A DNA stretch of 64,000 bases from an uncultured Acidobacteriota bacterium (lineage in GTDB: Bacteria; Acidobacteriota; Thermoanaerobaculia; Multivoradales; UBA5704): NCBI GenBank assembly GCA_963700145.1, contig OY969474.1:672001-736000 (forward strand), written 5' to 3'. The position numbers and the translations under genes were made by a program. The notes under the pieces are model-generated. The model did no database searches and was not told where the DNA came from. It saw only the letters and a list, made by a program, of their open reading frames with translations. Below are positions 27,540-37,589 of the stretch, piece by piece (the stretch's first letter is position 1; the number at the start of each line of letters is the position of its first letter).

Positions 27540-29896
27540 TCCCGGGTCTTGAGCACTGCCACGAGGTCGAGGCGATCGAGACGGCGGCGCACCGCGAGCC
27601 CCGAGAGCAGGGCCGACGCCGCCACCGTGAGGAAGGAGAGGAAATAGGTGCGGGCGCTCACCACGAGCGGCAGCCGGAAGAGGTCGCTCTCGAAGCGGAG
27701 CGCCAGGAGGGCGCAGATGCCGAAACCCAGAGCCGCGCCCAGCGGCAGGGCCAGCACGGTCAGCAGCCCCTGCTCGCCGAGGAGCATTGCGGCCACCTCG
27801 CGCCGCGAGAAGCCGAGGACGCGCAGGCTCGCCAGCTCCCGCCCGCGTTCCGAGAGAGAAATCCGCGCGCCGTTGTAGACGACGCCGAAGGCGATGACGC
27901 AGGCGAAGGCGATGACGGTGCCGAGCGAGATCCAGAAGCTCCCCTCGATCGTCGTCTCGAAACCGCGCAACGCCGTCTCGCGCACGCCGACGCCGGTCAC
28001 CGCCGGCAGCCGCTTCAGGCGCGCGTAGAGGCGCTCGCGCGCCGGCGGATCGACCGCCAGGTACGCCCCCGACATCGTCTCCCCCTCGCGCAGCAGCCGG
28101 TTGAGAGCGCCGAGCTCGAGGTAGGCGGACATCCCGATCATCTCGTCCACGACCCCCGCCACCCGCGCTTCGCGCACCGGCCGCGCCCCTTCGAGCACCT
28201 CGACCGAGAGCCGGTCCCCCGGGCGCACGGCGAGCCGCTCGGCGAGGCGGGTCGTGAGCAGCACCCCCGCGGCCGGCAGCGGGTGCCGGCGTCCGTCACG
28301 GTCGACGATCCGCCGCAGCGTGCCGCCGGCCGGGAGCCCCTGGAGGGCGGTGCGGTACGAGCGGTGGCCATGGCGCAGGCGCGCCGGCACCGAGCGGAAG
28401 GGCTCGACCCGCCGCACGCCGGGCAGCGCGGCGAGGGCCTGCCGCGCCGCGCCGGAGGACGGCTCGCGCAGCACCACCGTCAGGTCCTCGCGCTGCACGG
28501 CGCGGAACTGCAGGTCCTTCATCCGCTCGAGGGCGTCGAAGGCGTACCAGCCGAGCACCACCATGGCCGCCGCCAGCGCGACGCCGACGACCGCGAGCGC
28601 CGCCTTCCAGGGCCGCCGCTCCAGGTTCCGCACCAGGATGCGGGTCTCCGGCGAGAGGAAGCGGCCGGGGGCGAGCCGCTCGAGGCCCCCCAGACGGTAG
28701 CGCGCCGGCGCCTCCGGGCGCATCGCCTCGGCCGGAGGCAGGGCGGCGGCCCGCCGCGCCGCCCCCCAGGCGCCGAGGAGCGCGGCGCCGCCGCTGATGC
28801 CGACCGCCAGCGCCACGATCTGCGGCTCGGGGACGAAGCGGAGCACCGGGAACTGGTAGAAGCGGGCGTAGAGCTGCGCCAGCTCGACCGCCAGCCAGAG
28901 GCCGAGGGCCGAGCCCGCCGCCGAGCCGAGCAGCACCGGCGCCGCCGCCAGCTCGAGGTAGTGCAGCGCCACCGCGCCGCCGCGGTAGCCGAAGGCCTTG
29001 AGCACGGCGATCTGATCGCGCTGGGTCGCGACCAGGCGCGACATGACCGTGTGCAGCAGGAAGGCGGTGACGGCGAGGAAGATCGCCGGGATGACGACGC
29101 TGGTGACGCGGGTCTCGGCGATCTCGTCGCTGACGAAGCGGTGGGAGACGTGGTCCTGGCGGCCGTAGGCGCCGAGGCCGCCGTAGCCGGCGAGGAGCCG
29201 GTCGAGGCGGGCGATCGTCGCCGGCTCGGAGGCACCGGGGGCGAGGGCGAGCGCGACGTCGTTGAATGCCCCCTCGAGATCGAAGGCGGCGGCGAGGTCT
29301 TCGCCGGCGGTCCAGAGGACGCCGAAGCGGCGGTTGTCGGGGAAGACGTCGCCGGAGCCGCGGATCTCGTAGACGTACTCGGGCGAGAGCGCCAGGCCGA
29401 CGATGCGCAGCCGCCGCCAGCGGCCGTGGATCACGGCGCCGACGCTGTCGCCGATCGCCAGCCGGTTGGCGCGCGCGAACGCCTCGCTCGCCAGCACCTC
29501 GTCGGGGCCGGCGAGCCAGCGGCCGCGGCGGAGGTGGAGGTCGTTGAGGCGCGGCCGGCGGTGGCGCGGCACCGACACCAGCCGTCCGGTCGCGGGCTCG
29601 GCGAGGCCTGGGACGTCGAGCAGCACGTCGGCGACGACGCGCGGCTCGACCGCCGCCACCCCGGGGAGCGCGGCGATCTCGGCGGCGACGGCGAGCGGCG
29701 CGCGCTCGAGCTGCGCGAAGAGGTCGGCGAAGCGGTAGCGCTCGTAGTACTCCGCCTGGGTGCCGAGCAGGTAGCGGTGCATGCTGCGCAGGGCCACGAA
29801 CATCGAGATGCCGCAGGTCACCACCAGGGCGATGGCCACGACTTGGCCGCGCAGGTGGCGCAGGTCGCGCAGGAGCTTGCGGTGGAGCGGGCTCAC
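27536..29896 (-). CDS. ABC exporter permease (FtsX/MacB-like, duplicated)
   Basis: [48 protein letters not shown]. Confidence 0.9.
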   Translation of the reverse strand: MSPLHRKLLRDLRHLRGQVVAIALVVTCGISMFVALRSMHRYLLGTQAEYYERYRFADLFAQLERAPLAVAAEIAALPGVAAVEPRVVADVLLDVPGLAEPATGRLVSVPRHRRPRLNDLHLRRGRWLAGPDEVLASEAFARANRLAIGDSVGAVIHGRWRRLRIVGLALSPEYVYEIRGSGDVFPDNRRFGVLWTAGEDLAAAFDLEGAFNDVALALAPGASEPATIARLDRLLAGYGGLGAYGRQDHVSHRFVSDEIAETRVTSVVIPAIFLAVTAFLLHTVMSRLVATQRDQIAVLKAFGYRGGAVALHYLELAAAPVLLGSAAGSALGLWLAVELAQLYARFYQFPVLRFVPEPQIVALAVGISGGAALLGAWGAARRAAALPPAEAMRPEAPARYRLGGLERLAPGRFLSPETRILVRNLERRPWKAALAVVGVALAAAMVVLGWYAFDALERMKDLQFRAVQREDLTVVLREPSSGAARQALAALPGVRRVEPFRSVPARLRHGHRSYRTALQGLPAGGTLRRIVDRDGRRHPLPAAGVLLTTRLAERLAVRPGDRLSVEVLEGARPVREARVAGVVDEMIGMSAYLELGALNRLLREGETMSGAYLAVDPPARERLYARLKRLPAVTGVGVRETALRGFETTIEGSFWISLGTVIAFACVIAFGVVYNGARISLSERGRELASLRVLGFSRREVAAMLLGEQGLLTVLALPLGAALGFGICALLALRFESDLFRLPLVVSARTYFLSFLTVAASALLSGLAVRRRLDRLDLVAVLKTRE

Positions 29897-29903
29897 GGCG
29901 CGG

Positions 29904-30665
29904 TCACCACTCGAGGTCGGCCGGGGTCGCGCGCACGGCGTTGCGCCGCTCCTCGACGATGCGGCCGCTGCGCAGCCGCACGACGCGGTCGGCCATCGCC
30001 GCGATGGCGGCGTTGTGGGTGATGACGGCGGTGGTCGTGCCGACCTCGCGGTTGACCCGCTCGAGCACCTCGAGGACGAGCTTCCCGGTCTCGTAGTCGA
30101 GCGCGCCGGTCGGCTCGTCGCAGAGCAGGACGTCCGGCCGCTTCGCCACCGCCCGCGCGATGGCGACGCGTTGCTGCTCGCCGCCCGAGAGCTGCGAAGG
30201 GAAGTGGTCGAGCCTCGTCCCCAGCCCGACCAAACGGAGGGCCCCGGCGGGATCCATCGGGTCGGCGGCGATCGCGGTGACCAGCTCCACGTTCTCGCGC
30301 GCGGTCAAGCTCGGAATCAGGTTGTAGAACTGGAAGACGAAGCCGACGTGCTCGCGGCGGTAGCGGGTCAGCTCGTCTTCGGTGGCGCCGGTCAGCTCGT
30401 GGTCGAGGAAGTGAACGCTGCCGGCGGTAGGAGCGTCGAGCCCGCCCAGGATGTTGAGCAGGGTGGACTTGCCGCTGCCGGAGGGGCCGAGAAAGACGAC
30501 GAGCTCGCCGGCGTAGAGATCGAGGTCCACGCCGGAGAGGGCGGACACCTCGACCTCCCCCATGCGGTAGACCTTGCTCAGGCCGCGGGCGCGGAAGACC
30601 GCCGGCGCCGCGGGCGTTGCCGCGGCCGCGGCGGGCTCGAGCGCGCGGTCGATCGCCGCGGCCAC
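29904..30665 (-). CDS. ABC transporter ATP-binding protein (LolD/MacB-like)
   Basis: [31 protein letters not shown]. Confidence 0.95.
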   Translation of the reverse strand: MAAAIDRALEPAAAAATPAAPAVFRARGLSKVYRMGEVEVSALSGVDLDLYAGELVVFLGPSGSGKSTLLNILGGLDAPTAGSVHFLDHELTGATEDELTRYRREHVGFVFQFYNLIPSLTARENVELVTAIAADPMDPAGALRLVGLGTRLDHFPSQLSGGEQQRVAIARAVAKRPDVLLCDEPTGALDYETGKLVLEVLERVNREVGTTTAVITHNAAIAAMADRVVRLRSGRIVEERRNAVRATPADLEW

Positions 30666-30678
30666 TTGCAGGCTCCTT

Positions 30679-31026
30679 TCAGGCCGCCGGCAAGACAGTC
30701 GCCGCGGGCGGCGGGACGACGAGCGCCCGCAGGTCGCGCAGGAACTCGTCGATCAGCCCGCGCAGCCCTTCGCGGTCGTCCTCGACCACTCGCATCGTCA
30801 TGCGCAGGCTGATGCCGCGGCACCCTCCGAACTGCTGGTAGAAGGCGCAGTAGCGGCAGCAGTTGAGCCCCTCGCCGCACGCCCGCATCTCGGCGCGCGC
30901 CGCGTCGCACAGCGAGAAGGCGGCGTTGATCTCGGTGAGCAGCTCGGTTTCGTCGATCGTCGCGGAGCGCTCCCGCAGGTCCTCCCAGAGCGCCACCGCC
31001 TCGTCTTTGGCCTCTTGCCAGTCCAT
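30679..31026 (-). CDS. Small six-Cys hypothetical protein (paralog of the C-terminal half of 34339-35058)
   Basis: [40 protein letters not shown]. Confidence 0.8.
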   Translation of the reverse strand: MDWQEAKDEAVALWEDLRERSATIDETELLTEINAAFSLCDAARAEMRACGEGLNCCRYCAFYQQFGGCRGISLRMTMRVVEDDREGLRGLIDEFLRDLRALVVPPPAATVLPAA

Positions 31027-31075
31027 GGCTCGTCCTCCTCGCGAGCCACCCTACGGCTGGCCAAGGCGCACTTCC

Positions 31076-31114
31076 ACACCCGGTGGGGTGGCGAGGCCAC
31101 ACACCGCGGGGTAG
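31076..31114. promoter_or_regulatory. Two candidate operators upstream of the six-Cys/ABC operon
   Basis: ACACCC-GGTG-GGGTGG (31076) and ACACAC-CGCG-GGGTAG (31099). Confidence 0.42.
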
Positions 31115-31122
31115 GGCGGCGC

Positions 31123-31326
31123 TTACTCGTCGACGACGAACGTGATCTTGAGGTGGACGCGGAACGAGGTGATCTCGTTGGCGGACACTTCCACGAGATG
31201 GTCCTGCACCCAGGCGCGCTTAATGTTCTTGATCGTCTTGCCCGCCCGGCGGAGCCCGTCCCGGATCGCGTCCTCGAAGCTGACCGTCGAATCGCTGCTG
31301 ATCTCGATGATTTTTGCCACGGACAT
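31123..31326 (-). CDS. Dodecin-family flavin-binding protein
   Basis: MSVAKIIEISSDSTVSFEDAI...FRVHLKITF. RBS AAGGAG. Confidence 0.9.
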   Translation of the reverse strand: MSVAKIIEISSDSTVSFEDAIRDGLRRAGKTIKNIKRAWVQDHLVEVSANEITSFRVHLKITFVVDE

Positions 31327-31340
31327 TGGAGTCTCCTTTC

Positions 31341-31373
31341 GCAGCCCCCTTCTGTCACGTTGAAGGGGGCTGC
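31341..31373. other. Perfect 12-bp stem hairpin directly upstream of the dodecin RBS
   Basis: GCAGCCCCCTTC-9 nt-GAAGGGGGCTGC. Confidence 0.6.
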
Positions 31374-31402
31374 GCAACCTCCGCCGCCGTGCCGCGGCCG
31401 CG

Positions 31403-32533
31403 CTACGGCCGGATCGCCACCTTGAGCACGCCGTCCGCCCGCGAGCCGAAGAGCCGGTAACCCTCGTCGATGCGGTCGAGCGGGAAGGAGTGGGTGAGGA
31501 GCGGCGTCAGGTCCACCCGCCCGTGCCGGACGACCTCCATCAGCCGCCGCATCCGCTCCTTGCCGCCGGGGCAGAGGGTGGTGACGATGCGGTGGTCGCC
31601 GAGCCCGGCGGCGAAGGCCTCGTAGGGGACCTGGAGCTTGCCCGAGTAGACGCCGAGCGAGGACAGCGTGCCGCCCGGCCGCAGGCTGCGCAGGCAGCTC
31701 TCGAAGGTCTCCTGCGTGCCGAGCGCCTCGATCGCCACGTCGGCGCCGCCGCCGGTGAGCTTCAGCACCTCGGCCACGACGTCGGTCTTGCGGTAGTCGA
31801 GCGCGACGTCGGCGCCCATCCGCTTCGACATCGCGAGCCGGCGGTCGTCGCCGTCCACGCCGATGACCAGCGCGGCGCCCATGAGCTTCGCCCCGGCGGT
31901 GGCGCAGAGGCCGATCGGCCCCTGGGCGAAGACGACGACCGCGTCGCCGATGCGGATGCGGCCGGACTCGGCGCCGCCGAAGCCGGTCGAGGCGATGTCG
32001 GCGAGCAGCACCACCTGCTCGTCGGTAAGGTCGTCGGGGATCTTCGCCAGGTTGGCCTGGGCGGACGGCACCAGGAGGTACTCGGCCTGGGCGCCGTGGA
32101 TCGTGTTGCCGAAGCGCCAGCCGCCGATCGCTTCGTAGCCGGCGCCGTGGCCGCACTGCGAGTACTGGCCGGAGAGGCAGGCGCGGCACTGGCCGCAGGG
32201 GGTGATGGCGCCGACGAGCACGCGCTCGCCGACCTCGTAGCCGGTCACGCCGGCTCCCAGCTCTTCGATCACGCCCACCGGCTCGTGGCCGATGACGAGG
32301 CCCGGCCGCACCGGGTACTCGCCGCGCAGGATGTGCAGGTCGGTGCCGCAGATGGTCGTCAGGGTGACGCGGATCACCGCCTCGCCGGGCCCGGGCACCG
32401 GGCGCGGCACCTCCTCGACGCGGAGGTCGCCCGGGCCGTAGAAGACGGCAGCGCGCATGGTCTTGCGCGCCGTGCGGGGGCGCGGCGGCGCGGTTTTGGG
32501 GACAGACAGCACGGCGGTCGCCGTTTCGCTCAT
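31403..32533 (-). CDS. Zinc-dependent medium-chain alcohol dehydrogenase
   Basis: ICGTDLH, GHEPVG, CGQCRACLSGQYSQC, QGPIGL. Confidence 0.93.
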   Translation of the reverse strand: MSETATAVLSVPKTAPPRPRTARKTMRAAVFYGPGDLRVEEVPRPVPGPGEAVIRVTLTTICGTDLHILRGEYPVRPGLVIGHEPVGVIEELGAGVTGYEVGERVLVGAITPCGQCRACLSGQYSQCGHGAGYEAIGGWRFGNTIHGAQAEYLLVPSAQANLAKIPDDLTDEQVVLLADIASTGFGGAESGRIRIGDAVVVFAQGPIGLCATAGAKLMGAALVIGVDGDDRRLAMSKRMGADVALDYRKTDVVAEVLKLTGGGADVAIEALGTQETFESCLRSLRPGGTLSSLGVYSGKLQVPYEAFAAGLGDHRIVTTLCPGGKERMRRLMEVVRHGRVDLTPLLTHSFPLDRIDEGYRLFGSRADGVLKVAIRP

Positions 32534-34320
32534 GACGGGTCTCCTTTCCTCGCGGGCTCTTCCGCTCGTTCCTTGATACCCAGCAGCATCCGGCGGTCCA
32601 TGGCGAAGCTGACCGGCTCGACCAGCGCCGGCCCGAAGCGGAGCCGCGAGGCGAGGTCATCGGAGCAGTCGGCGCGGTAGCGGCTGAGCAGGCGGCAGCG
32701 GCCCTCGCCCAGCGGCTCGACCTGGAAGAGCCAGGAGGCGGTCGCCCAGGGCCGGCCCGCGGCGCGCGCGGTCTCGTCGGCCGCCGCGTAGGCCACGAGC
32801 CATCCGCCAGGCTTGCACTCGACGACCGGCAGCGCCGGCTGCTCGGGGTGCAGCACCAGCCGGTCGCCGGCGCGCAGCTCCCACTCCGGATGGGTCGTCT
32901 CGGCGTTGCGCAGCGCGCAGCCGGCGAGGTTCTCGAGCCATTGGTAGCTGTAGAAGCCGCCGCGGTCGGCGCCGAGCTGCGCCACCCAGGGCCAGACCGC
33001 CGCGGCCGGCGCGTCGATCTCGACCCCGTGCGTCCAGCTCCAGCGCGGCGCCGGGACCAGCCCGTCGCCGGGGCGCTCCTTCGCCGCCGCCTCGGCCTCC
33101 ACCCCCCAACGGCCGCGGCGGCCGCGCAGGAAGGGGCTGAGCAGCGCGGCGGTCATCACCGCGGTGCCGCCCAGGCCCTCCACCACGTCCCGCCAGTCGT
33201 CCCGCGGCAGGCGCCCCTCGGCGCGGGCGGCGAGCTGCCGGAGCTGCTCGGCCTCCATGAAGCCGTGCGCGAGGCGCGCGGCGAGCATCTGCCGACGCGG
33301 CCGGCAGATGGCTCGGACCCGCACCGTCAGCCGGGTGCTCCGCCCGTCCAGCGGTTCCAGGAGGAACGCCCAGGTCATGTGTCCGTAGCGGCGGGGCCGC
33401 CCGGCACGGAAGGGGAGCTGAGTGTCGCGCTCGTTGTCGAACAGCCCGCCCAGCACGAGCAGACGTGGCGGCTCGAGACGGAGGACCTCGAAGCCGTCGG
33501 CGCTTCCCGGCGCCGCCGGCAGGACGTCGCCGACCGCGAGCCGCTGCAGGTCGGCATGGACCTCGCGGGCGCTGCGGGCGCCGGCGTTGTCGAGCAGGTC
33601 GTAGCTGTAGTAGCCGGCGCGGCCGCACCCCATCTGGACCAGCCAGGGCCAGGCCTCTTCCGGCGCGGCCGCGACGTCGACAGTGTGGGTGAGCTGGTCG
33701 GAGGCGTCGGGTAGCAGCTCGTCGCCGGGGAGGGGCCGGTCCTCGTCGAGCGGCAACGCGCCGAGGTCGCGGGCGATCGCCCGCAGCAGCTGGCGGCGGA
33801 TGAAGCGGGAGCCGACGCCGATGACGACGAAGTAGCGGCGGAACTTCCGCCAGGACGCCTCGTCGGTCGTGGCCACCCGCAGCTCCAGCTCGAGGTGGGT
33901 GCCGCCGCCGCGCGGGGAGAGCCGGATCGACCACGCCACCTTGGCGAAGCCGGGGCGGTAGAAGGCGGCGAACTCGGCGGCGTCCGCGACGTGGGCGAAG
34001 GGGATCTCCGGTTCCCAGACCCTGCCGATCGCCCCCACCGCCAGCTCGCGCGGCGGCTTCTCGAAGAGCATCTGGAACCCCGGCCTCTCGGGCGAGGAGA
34101 CCAGTTGGTCGAGGCGCAGCGCTGTCTCGCCGCGGCCGCGGGTGCGGATCGCGAAGAGCGCGCGGATCAACGGCGAGGGCGCCAGGCTGCCGTGGCGCAC
34201 GCGCCGCCAGACCGCCGCCGGCGGAGCGTCGAGGTCGAGGCGGTCGATCTCGACCAGGCGCGGCGCCGGGACCAGCCGGTCGAGGGCGGTGCGGGGTTCT
34301 TTCTCCTGGAGCGGTTGCAT
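32530..34320 (-). CDS. Three-domain SRPBCC/START-like protein
   Basis: Two copies of WPWxxQxGxxRxGxYSY preceded by a DUF2867-like domain (ATTDEASWRKFRRY). Confidence 0.72.
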   Translation of the reverse strand: MQPLQEKEPRTALDRLVPAPRLVEIDRLDLDAPPAAVWRRVRHGSLAPSPLIRALFAIRTRGRGETALRLDQLVSSPERPGFQMLFEKPPRELAVGAIGRVWEPEIPFAHVADAAEFAAFYRPGFAKVAWSIRLSPRGGGTHLELELRVATTDEASWRKFRRYFVVIGVGSRFIRRQLLRAIARDLGALPLDEDRPLPGDELLPDASDQLTHTVDVAAAPEEAWPWLVQMGCGRAGYYSYDLLDNAGARSAREVHADLQRLAVGDVLPAAPGSADGFEVLRLEPPRLLVLGGLFDNERDTQLPFRAGRPRRYGHMTWAFLLEPLDGRSTRLTVRVRAICRPRRQMLAARLAHGFMEAEQLRQLAARAEGRLPRDDWRDVVEGLGGTAVMTAALLSPFLRGRRGRWGVEAEAAAKERPGDGLVPAPRWSWTHGVEIDAPAAAVWPWVAQLGADRGGFYSYQWLENLAGCALRNAETTHPEWELRAGDRLVLHPEQPALPVVECKPGGWLVAYAAADETARAAGRPWATASWLFQVEPLGEGRCRLLSRYRADCSDDLASRLRFGPALVEPVSFAMDRRMLLGIKERAEEPARKGDPS

Positions 34321-34338
34321 GGCTCGGACCTCCTCGCG

Positions 34339-35058
34339 TCACGCCGCCGCCGGCACGTCGAGCGCCCGCAGGTCGCGCAGGAACTCGTCGATCAGCCCGC
34401 GCAGCCCCTCGGTGTCCCCTTCGACGATGCGCAGAGTCATCCGCAGACTGATGCCGCGGCAGCCGCCGAACTGCTGGTAAAAGCCGCAGTAGCGGCAGCA
34501 GTTGAGCCCGTCGCCGCAGGCGCGCATCTCCTCCCGCGCCGCGTCGCAGAGCGAGAAGGCGGCGTTGACCTCGACGAGCAGCTCCTCCTCCTCCATCGTG
34601 CCGGCCCGCGCGCGCAGGCCCTCCCACAGCGCGATCGCTTCATCCTTCGCCCCTTGCCAGTTCACTCGCGCGGGCAGGAGCGACGGGACCAGGTTCTGCG
34701 GGTCCTTGCAGAGCGGGTCGGCGCAATCCCGCCAGTGACCGGAGTGGCCGCGGCGGATGTGCGCCGCGGCGGCGCGGAGGCTGGAGCGCACGATCAGATC
34801 GAGCTGGCGGTCGGCGTCGGCGACGCGCACCTCGACGCCGCCGTCGGGCAGCGCCGCGGCGCGCATCGCCCGGGGCGGGAAGGGGAGAGGGGTGCGGCCG
34901 CGCGCCCCGCCGTCGCTCCGCACCACCAGGTCGGAGCCGTCGAGGCCCAGCTCGCCCCCTCCCTCGAACGGTTGGGGGAGCTCGGCGTGGAGGACGAGCT
35001 CGCCGTCCTCCTCGTGCAGGTCGAAGCTGGGGAGCAAGGTGCAGGTCGGGTTCGTCAC
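34339..35058 (-). CDS. Degenerate Hsp20-like N-terminus fused to the six-Cys domain
   Basis: PSFDLHEEDGELVLHAELP, then HSGHWRDCADPLC, then a domain highly similar to 30679-31026. An internal GTG at 34665 is an alternative start. Confidence 0.65.
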   Translation of the reverse strand: MTNPTCTLLPSFDLHEEDGELVLHAELPQPFEGGGELGLDGSDLVVRSDGGARGRTPLPFPPRAMRAAALPDGGVEVRVADADRQLDLIVRSSLRAAAAHIRRGHSGHWRDCADPLCKDPQNLVPSLLPARVNWQGAKDEAIALWEGLRARAGTMEEEELLVEVNAAFSLCDAAREEMRACGDGLNCCRYCGFYQQFGGCRGISLRMTLRIVEGDTEGLRGLIDEFLRDLRALDVPAAA

Positions 35059-35157
35059 GGTCTCGTCCTCCTCTCGACCGCGACGCTACGGCCCGCCGCC
35101 GAGCCCCGCGACGCCCGGCGGGGCGGCCACGGCGAACGTCGAAGGGTGGCGCGGGGC

Positions 35158-35173
35158 CCACCCGCCGGGGTAG
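35158..35173. promoter_or_regulatory. Candidate operator CCACCC-GCCG-GGGTAG
   Basis: Reverse complement CTACCC-CGGC-GGGTGG has the same arms as 4528 and 11686. Confidence 0.5.
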
Positions 35174-35194
35174 TGGTGCGGAAGGGAGCGCCGC

Positions 35195-37567
35195 TCAGGC
35201 GCGGGTCGCGAGCTCGGGCTCGGGTCGCGCGGCCGGGGCGCCGGGCCCTTCGAGCAGCGGCAGGTACTGCTCGTCCTCCTGCGCGAAGTGGAGGCGGAGG
35301 ATGGCGTGGAGGCCGTAGAGGAGGCGGCGGAGGTCGCGCAGCTCCTCGGGCGGCAGGGGCGTCCCCTCGTCGGGCGGCAGCTCGTCGAGCACGCGGCCGA
35401 AGAGGCGGACGAGGTGGAGGATCTCGAGGTGGGCGCGGGTCATCGGTGCCGTCGGGTCCTCGCCGCCGATGGCGCGCGCCACGAGCGGGTAGGCGGCGGC
35501 GTCCTCGCTGCGCTCGTGCGGCACGAGGCGCCCTTCGAGGAAGGCGCGCAGCTCGGCGAGCTGGCGGCGCGCCGCGGGCGGCGGCATCTCCTCCAGCCGG
35601 TCGGCCACCGCCCGCAAGCGGTCCACCTCGGGCAGCAGGGCCGAGTGCTCGGCGCGCAGCCGCTCGCCGACCGCGGCGAGCTCCGGGGTGCCGGCGCGCC
35701 GCCGCCCGCCGCCCAGCGCGCGCAGGGCGTTGAGGATCACCGCCACGTCGATCCCCTCCTGCACCAGCGCCCCGGCGACCGGCGGCAGGTAGCCGGCGGC
35801 CGCCACCAGCATGGCGGCGAGCGACAGGCCCATCCCGGCGACGACGCTCTGCACGGCGATGCCGCGCGCCCGCCGCGCGATGCCGAGCGCCTCGGCGAGG
35901 CGGTCGAGGCGGTCCACGGCGAGCACCACGTCGGCCGCCTCCGAGGAGGCCGAGGCGCCGCGGGCGCCGAGCGCCACGCCGACGTCGGCCGCGGCGAGCG
36001 CCGGCGCGTCGTTGACGCCGTCGCCCACCATGACGACCGGCCCGCCGGCGCGCTCGGCGCGCACCGCCGCCACCTTCTCGGCGGGGGAGCGCTCGGCGAG
36101 CACCAGGTCGGCGCCGAGCGCGAGCCCCACCGGCTCCGCCACCTCGGGGTGGTCGCCGGTCAGGAGCACGACGCGCGCGATGCCGGCCCGCCGCAGCGCC
36201 CGCAGCGTGGCCGGCGCGTCCGGGCGGATCGGGTCCTCGAGGACGAGCGCCCCGGCGAGGGCGCCGTCGACGGCGACGAAGACGGTCGAGGAGCCGTCGA
36301 GCGCGGAGCGGCGGCGCACGCGGCGGGCCGCCGGCGGCAGGGGCGCGCCGCCGGCGAGCCACGTGAGCTTGCCGAGCGCCACCCGGCGCCCGTCCACGGT
36401 TCCCGCGATGCCGGCGCCGAGCTCCTCGGCGACGTCCTCCGGCAGAGAGAGCGCCAGGCCGCGCTCGCGCGCGCCGCGCACCACCGCCGCCGCCATCACG
36501 TGCTGCGACACCTGGTCGAGCGACGCGGCGAGGCGCAGCAGCTCCGTCTCGGGGAGCGCCCCGAAGGTCTCGACCTCGGCCACGCGCGGTGCGCCGGTGG
36601 TGACGGTGCCGGTCTTGTCGAGCAGCAGGATGCGCCCGCGGGCGAGCGCTTCGAGGGCGCGCCCGCCCTTGACGATCACGCCCCGCCGGGCGGCCCGCGA
36701 GACGCCGGCGACGAGGGCGATCGGCGCGGCGAGGATGAGCGGGCAGGGGGTGGCGACGACCAGCACGGCGAGCGCGCGGACGGGGTCGCCCGAGAGCGCC
36801 CAGGCGGCGCCGGCGATCGCCAGGGTGAGCGGCAGGAAGAAGAGCGCGTAGCGGTCGGCCAGGCGGACGAAGGGCGCCTTGGCGGCCTCCGCCTCGCGCA
36901 CCAGGCGCACGATCGCGGCGTAGGTGCTGGCCTCGGCGGTCGCCGCGGCGCGCAGGCGGAAGGGTCCGGCGGCGTTGACCGTGCCGCTGCGCACCGCGTC
37001 GCCGGGCGGGCGCTCGGCCGGCCGCGCCTCGCCGGTGAGCGCCGACTCGTCGAGCACCGCCGTGTCGCCCTCGACCAGCCCGTCGACCGGCACGACCTCG
37101 CCGGGCTTGACCAGGAGCAGGTCGCCGGGGCGGACGTCCTCCAGCGGCGGCGAGGTGAGCTGGCCGTCCTCGTAGCGGTGGGCGACCCGGGGAGCGCGGG
37201 CGACGAGGGCGGAGAGCTCGCGGCGGGCGCGGGCGCCGGCGAAGGCCTCGAGCGCCTGGCCGCCGGCCATCATCAGCGCGATCACCGCCCCCGCCAGGTA
37301 CTCGCCGAGGGCCAGCGACCCGCCCATCGCCAGGAGAGCGATGAGGTCCACGCCCGGCTCGCCGCGGCGCAGGTCGCGCACCACGGAAAGGACGAGCGGC
37401 GCGAGGACGAGGAGCGTCGTCGCCGCCCAGAGGAGCCGGGCCGCGGCCTCGGCGCCGAGCGCGAAGGCGGCGCCGCCCGCGGCGATGCCGGCGAGCGCCG
37501 TTGCGGCGAGGAGCAGCGCGCGGCGGGAGGTCCTCTCGCTGTCGGCGGGGCGCGGCGCGGCGTTCAT
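35195..37567 (-). CDS. P1B-5-type heavy-metal ATPase with C-terminal hemerythrin domain
   Basis: LTGE, ATPCP, DKTGT, GDGVNDAP, QEGID. C-terminal EH...HERSED...H...HFAQED hemerythrin ligands. Confidence 0.9.
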   Translation of the reverse strand: MNAAPRPADSERTSRRALLLAATALAGIAAGGAAFALGAEAAARLLWAATTLLVLAPLVLSVVRDLRRGEPGVDLIALLAMGGSLALGEYLAGAVIALMMAGGQALEAFAGARARRELSALVARAPRVAHRYEDGQLTSPPLEDVRPGDLLLVKPGEVVPVDGLVEGDTAVLDESALTGEARPAERPPGDAVRSGTVNAAGPFRLRAAATAEASTYAAIVRLVREAEAAKAPFVRLADRYALFFLPLTLAIAGAAWALSGDPVRALAVLVVATPCPLILAAPIALVAGVSRAARRGVIVKGGRALEALARGRILLLDKTGTVTTGAPRVAEVETFGALPETELLRLAASLDQVSQHVMAAAVVRGARERGLALSLPEDVAEELGAGIAGTVDGRRVALGKLTWLAGGAPLPPAARRVRRRSALDGSSTVFVAVDGALAGALVLEDPIRPDAPATLRALRRAGIARVVLLTGDHPEVAEPVGLALGADLVLAERSPAEKVAAVRAERAGGPVVMVGDGVNDAPALAAADVGVALGARGASASSEAADVVLAVDRLDRLAEALGIARRARGIAVQSVVAGMGLSLAAMLVAAAGYLPPVAGALVQEGIDVAVILNALRALGGGRRRAGTPELAAVGERLRAEHSALLPEVDRLRAVADRLEEMPPPAARRQLAELRAFLEGRLVPHERSEDAAAYPLVARAIGGEDPTAPMTRAHLEILHLVRLFGRVLDELPPDEGTPLPPEELRDLRRLLYGLHAILRLHFAQEDEQYLPLLEGPGAPAARPEPELATRA

Positions 37568-37589
37568 GGCGTTCCGGCATGATAGCGGC

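Noticed and set aside
2405-35194. FNR/CRP boxes (TTGAT-N4-ATCAA) in island promoters
   Set aside because: No convincing match seen by eye in the intergenic regions inspected.
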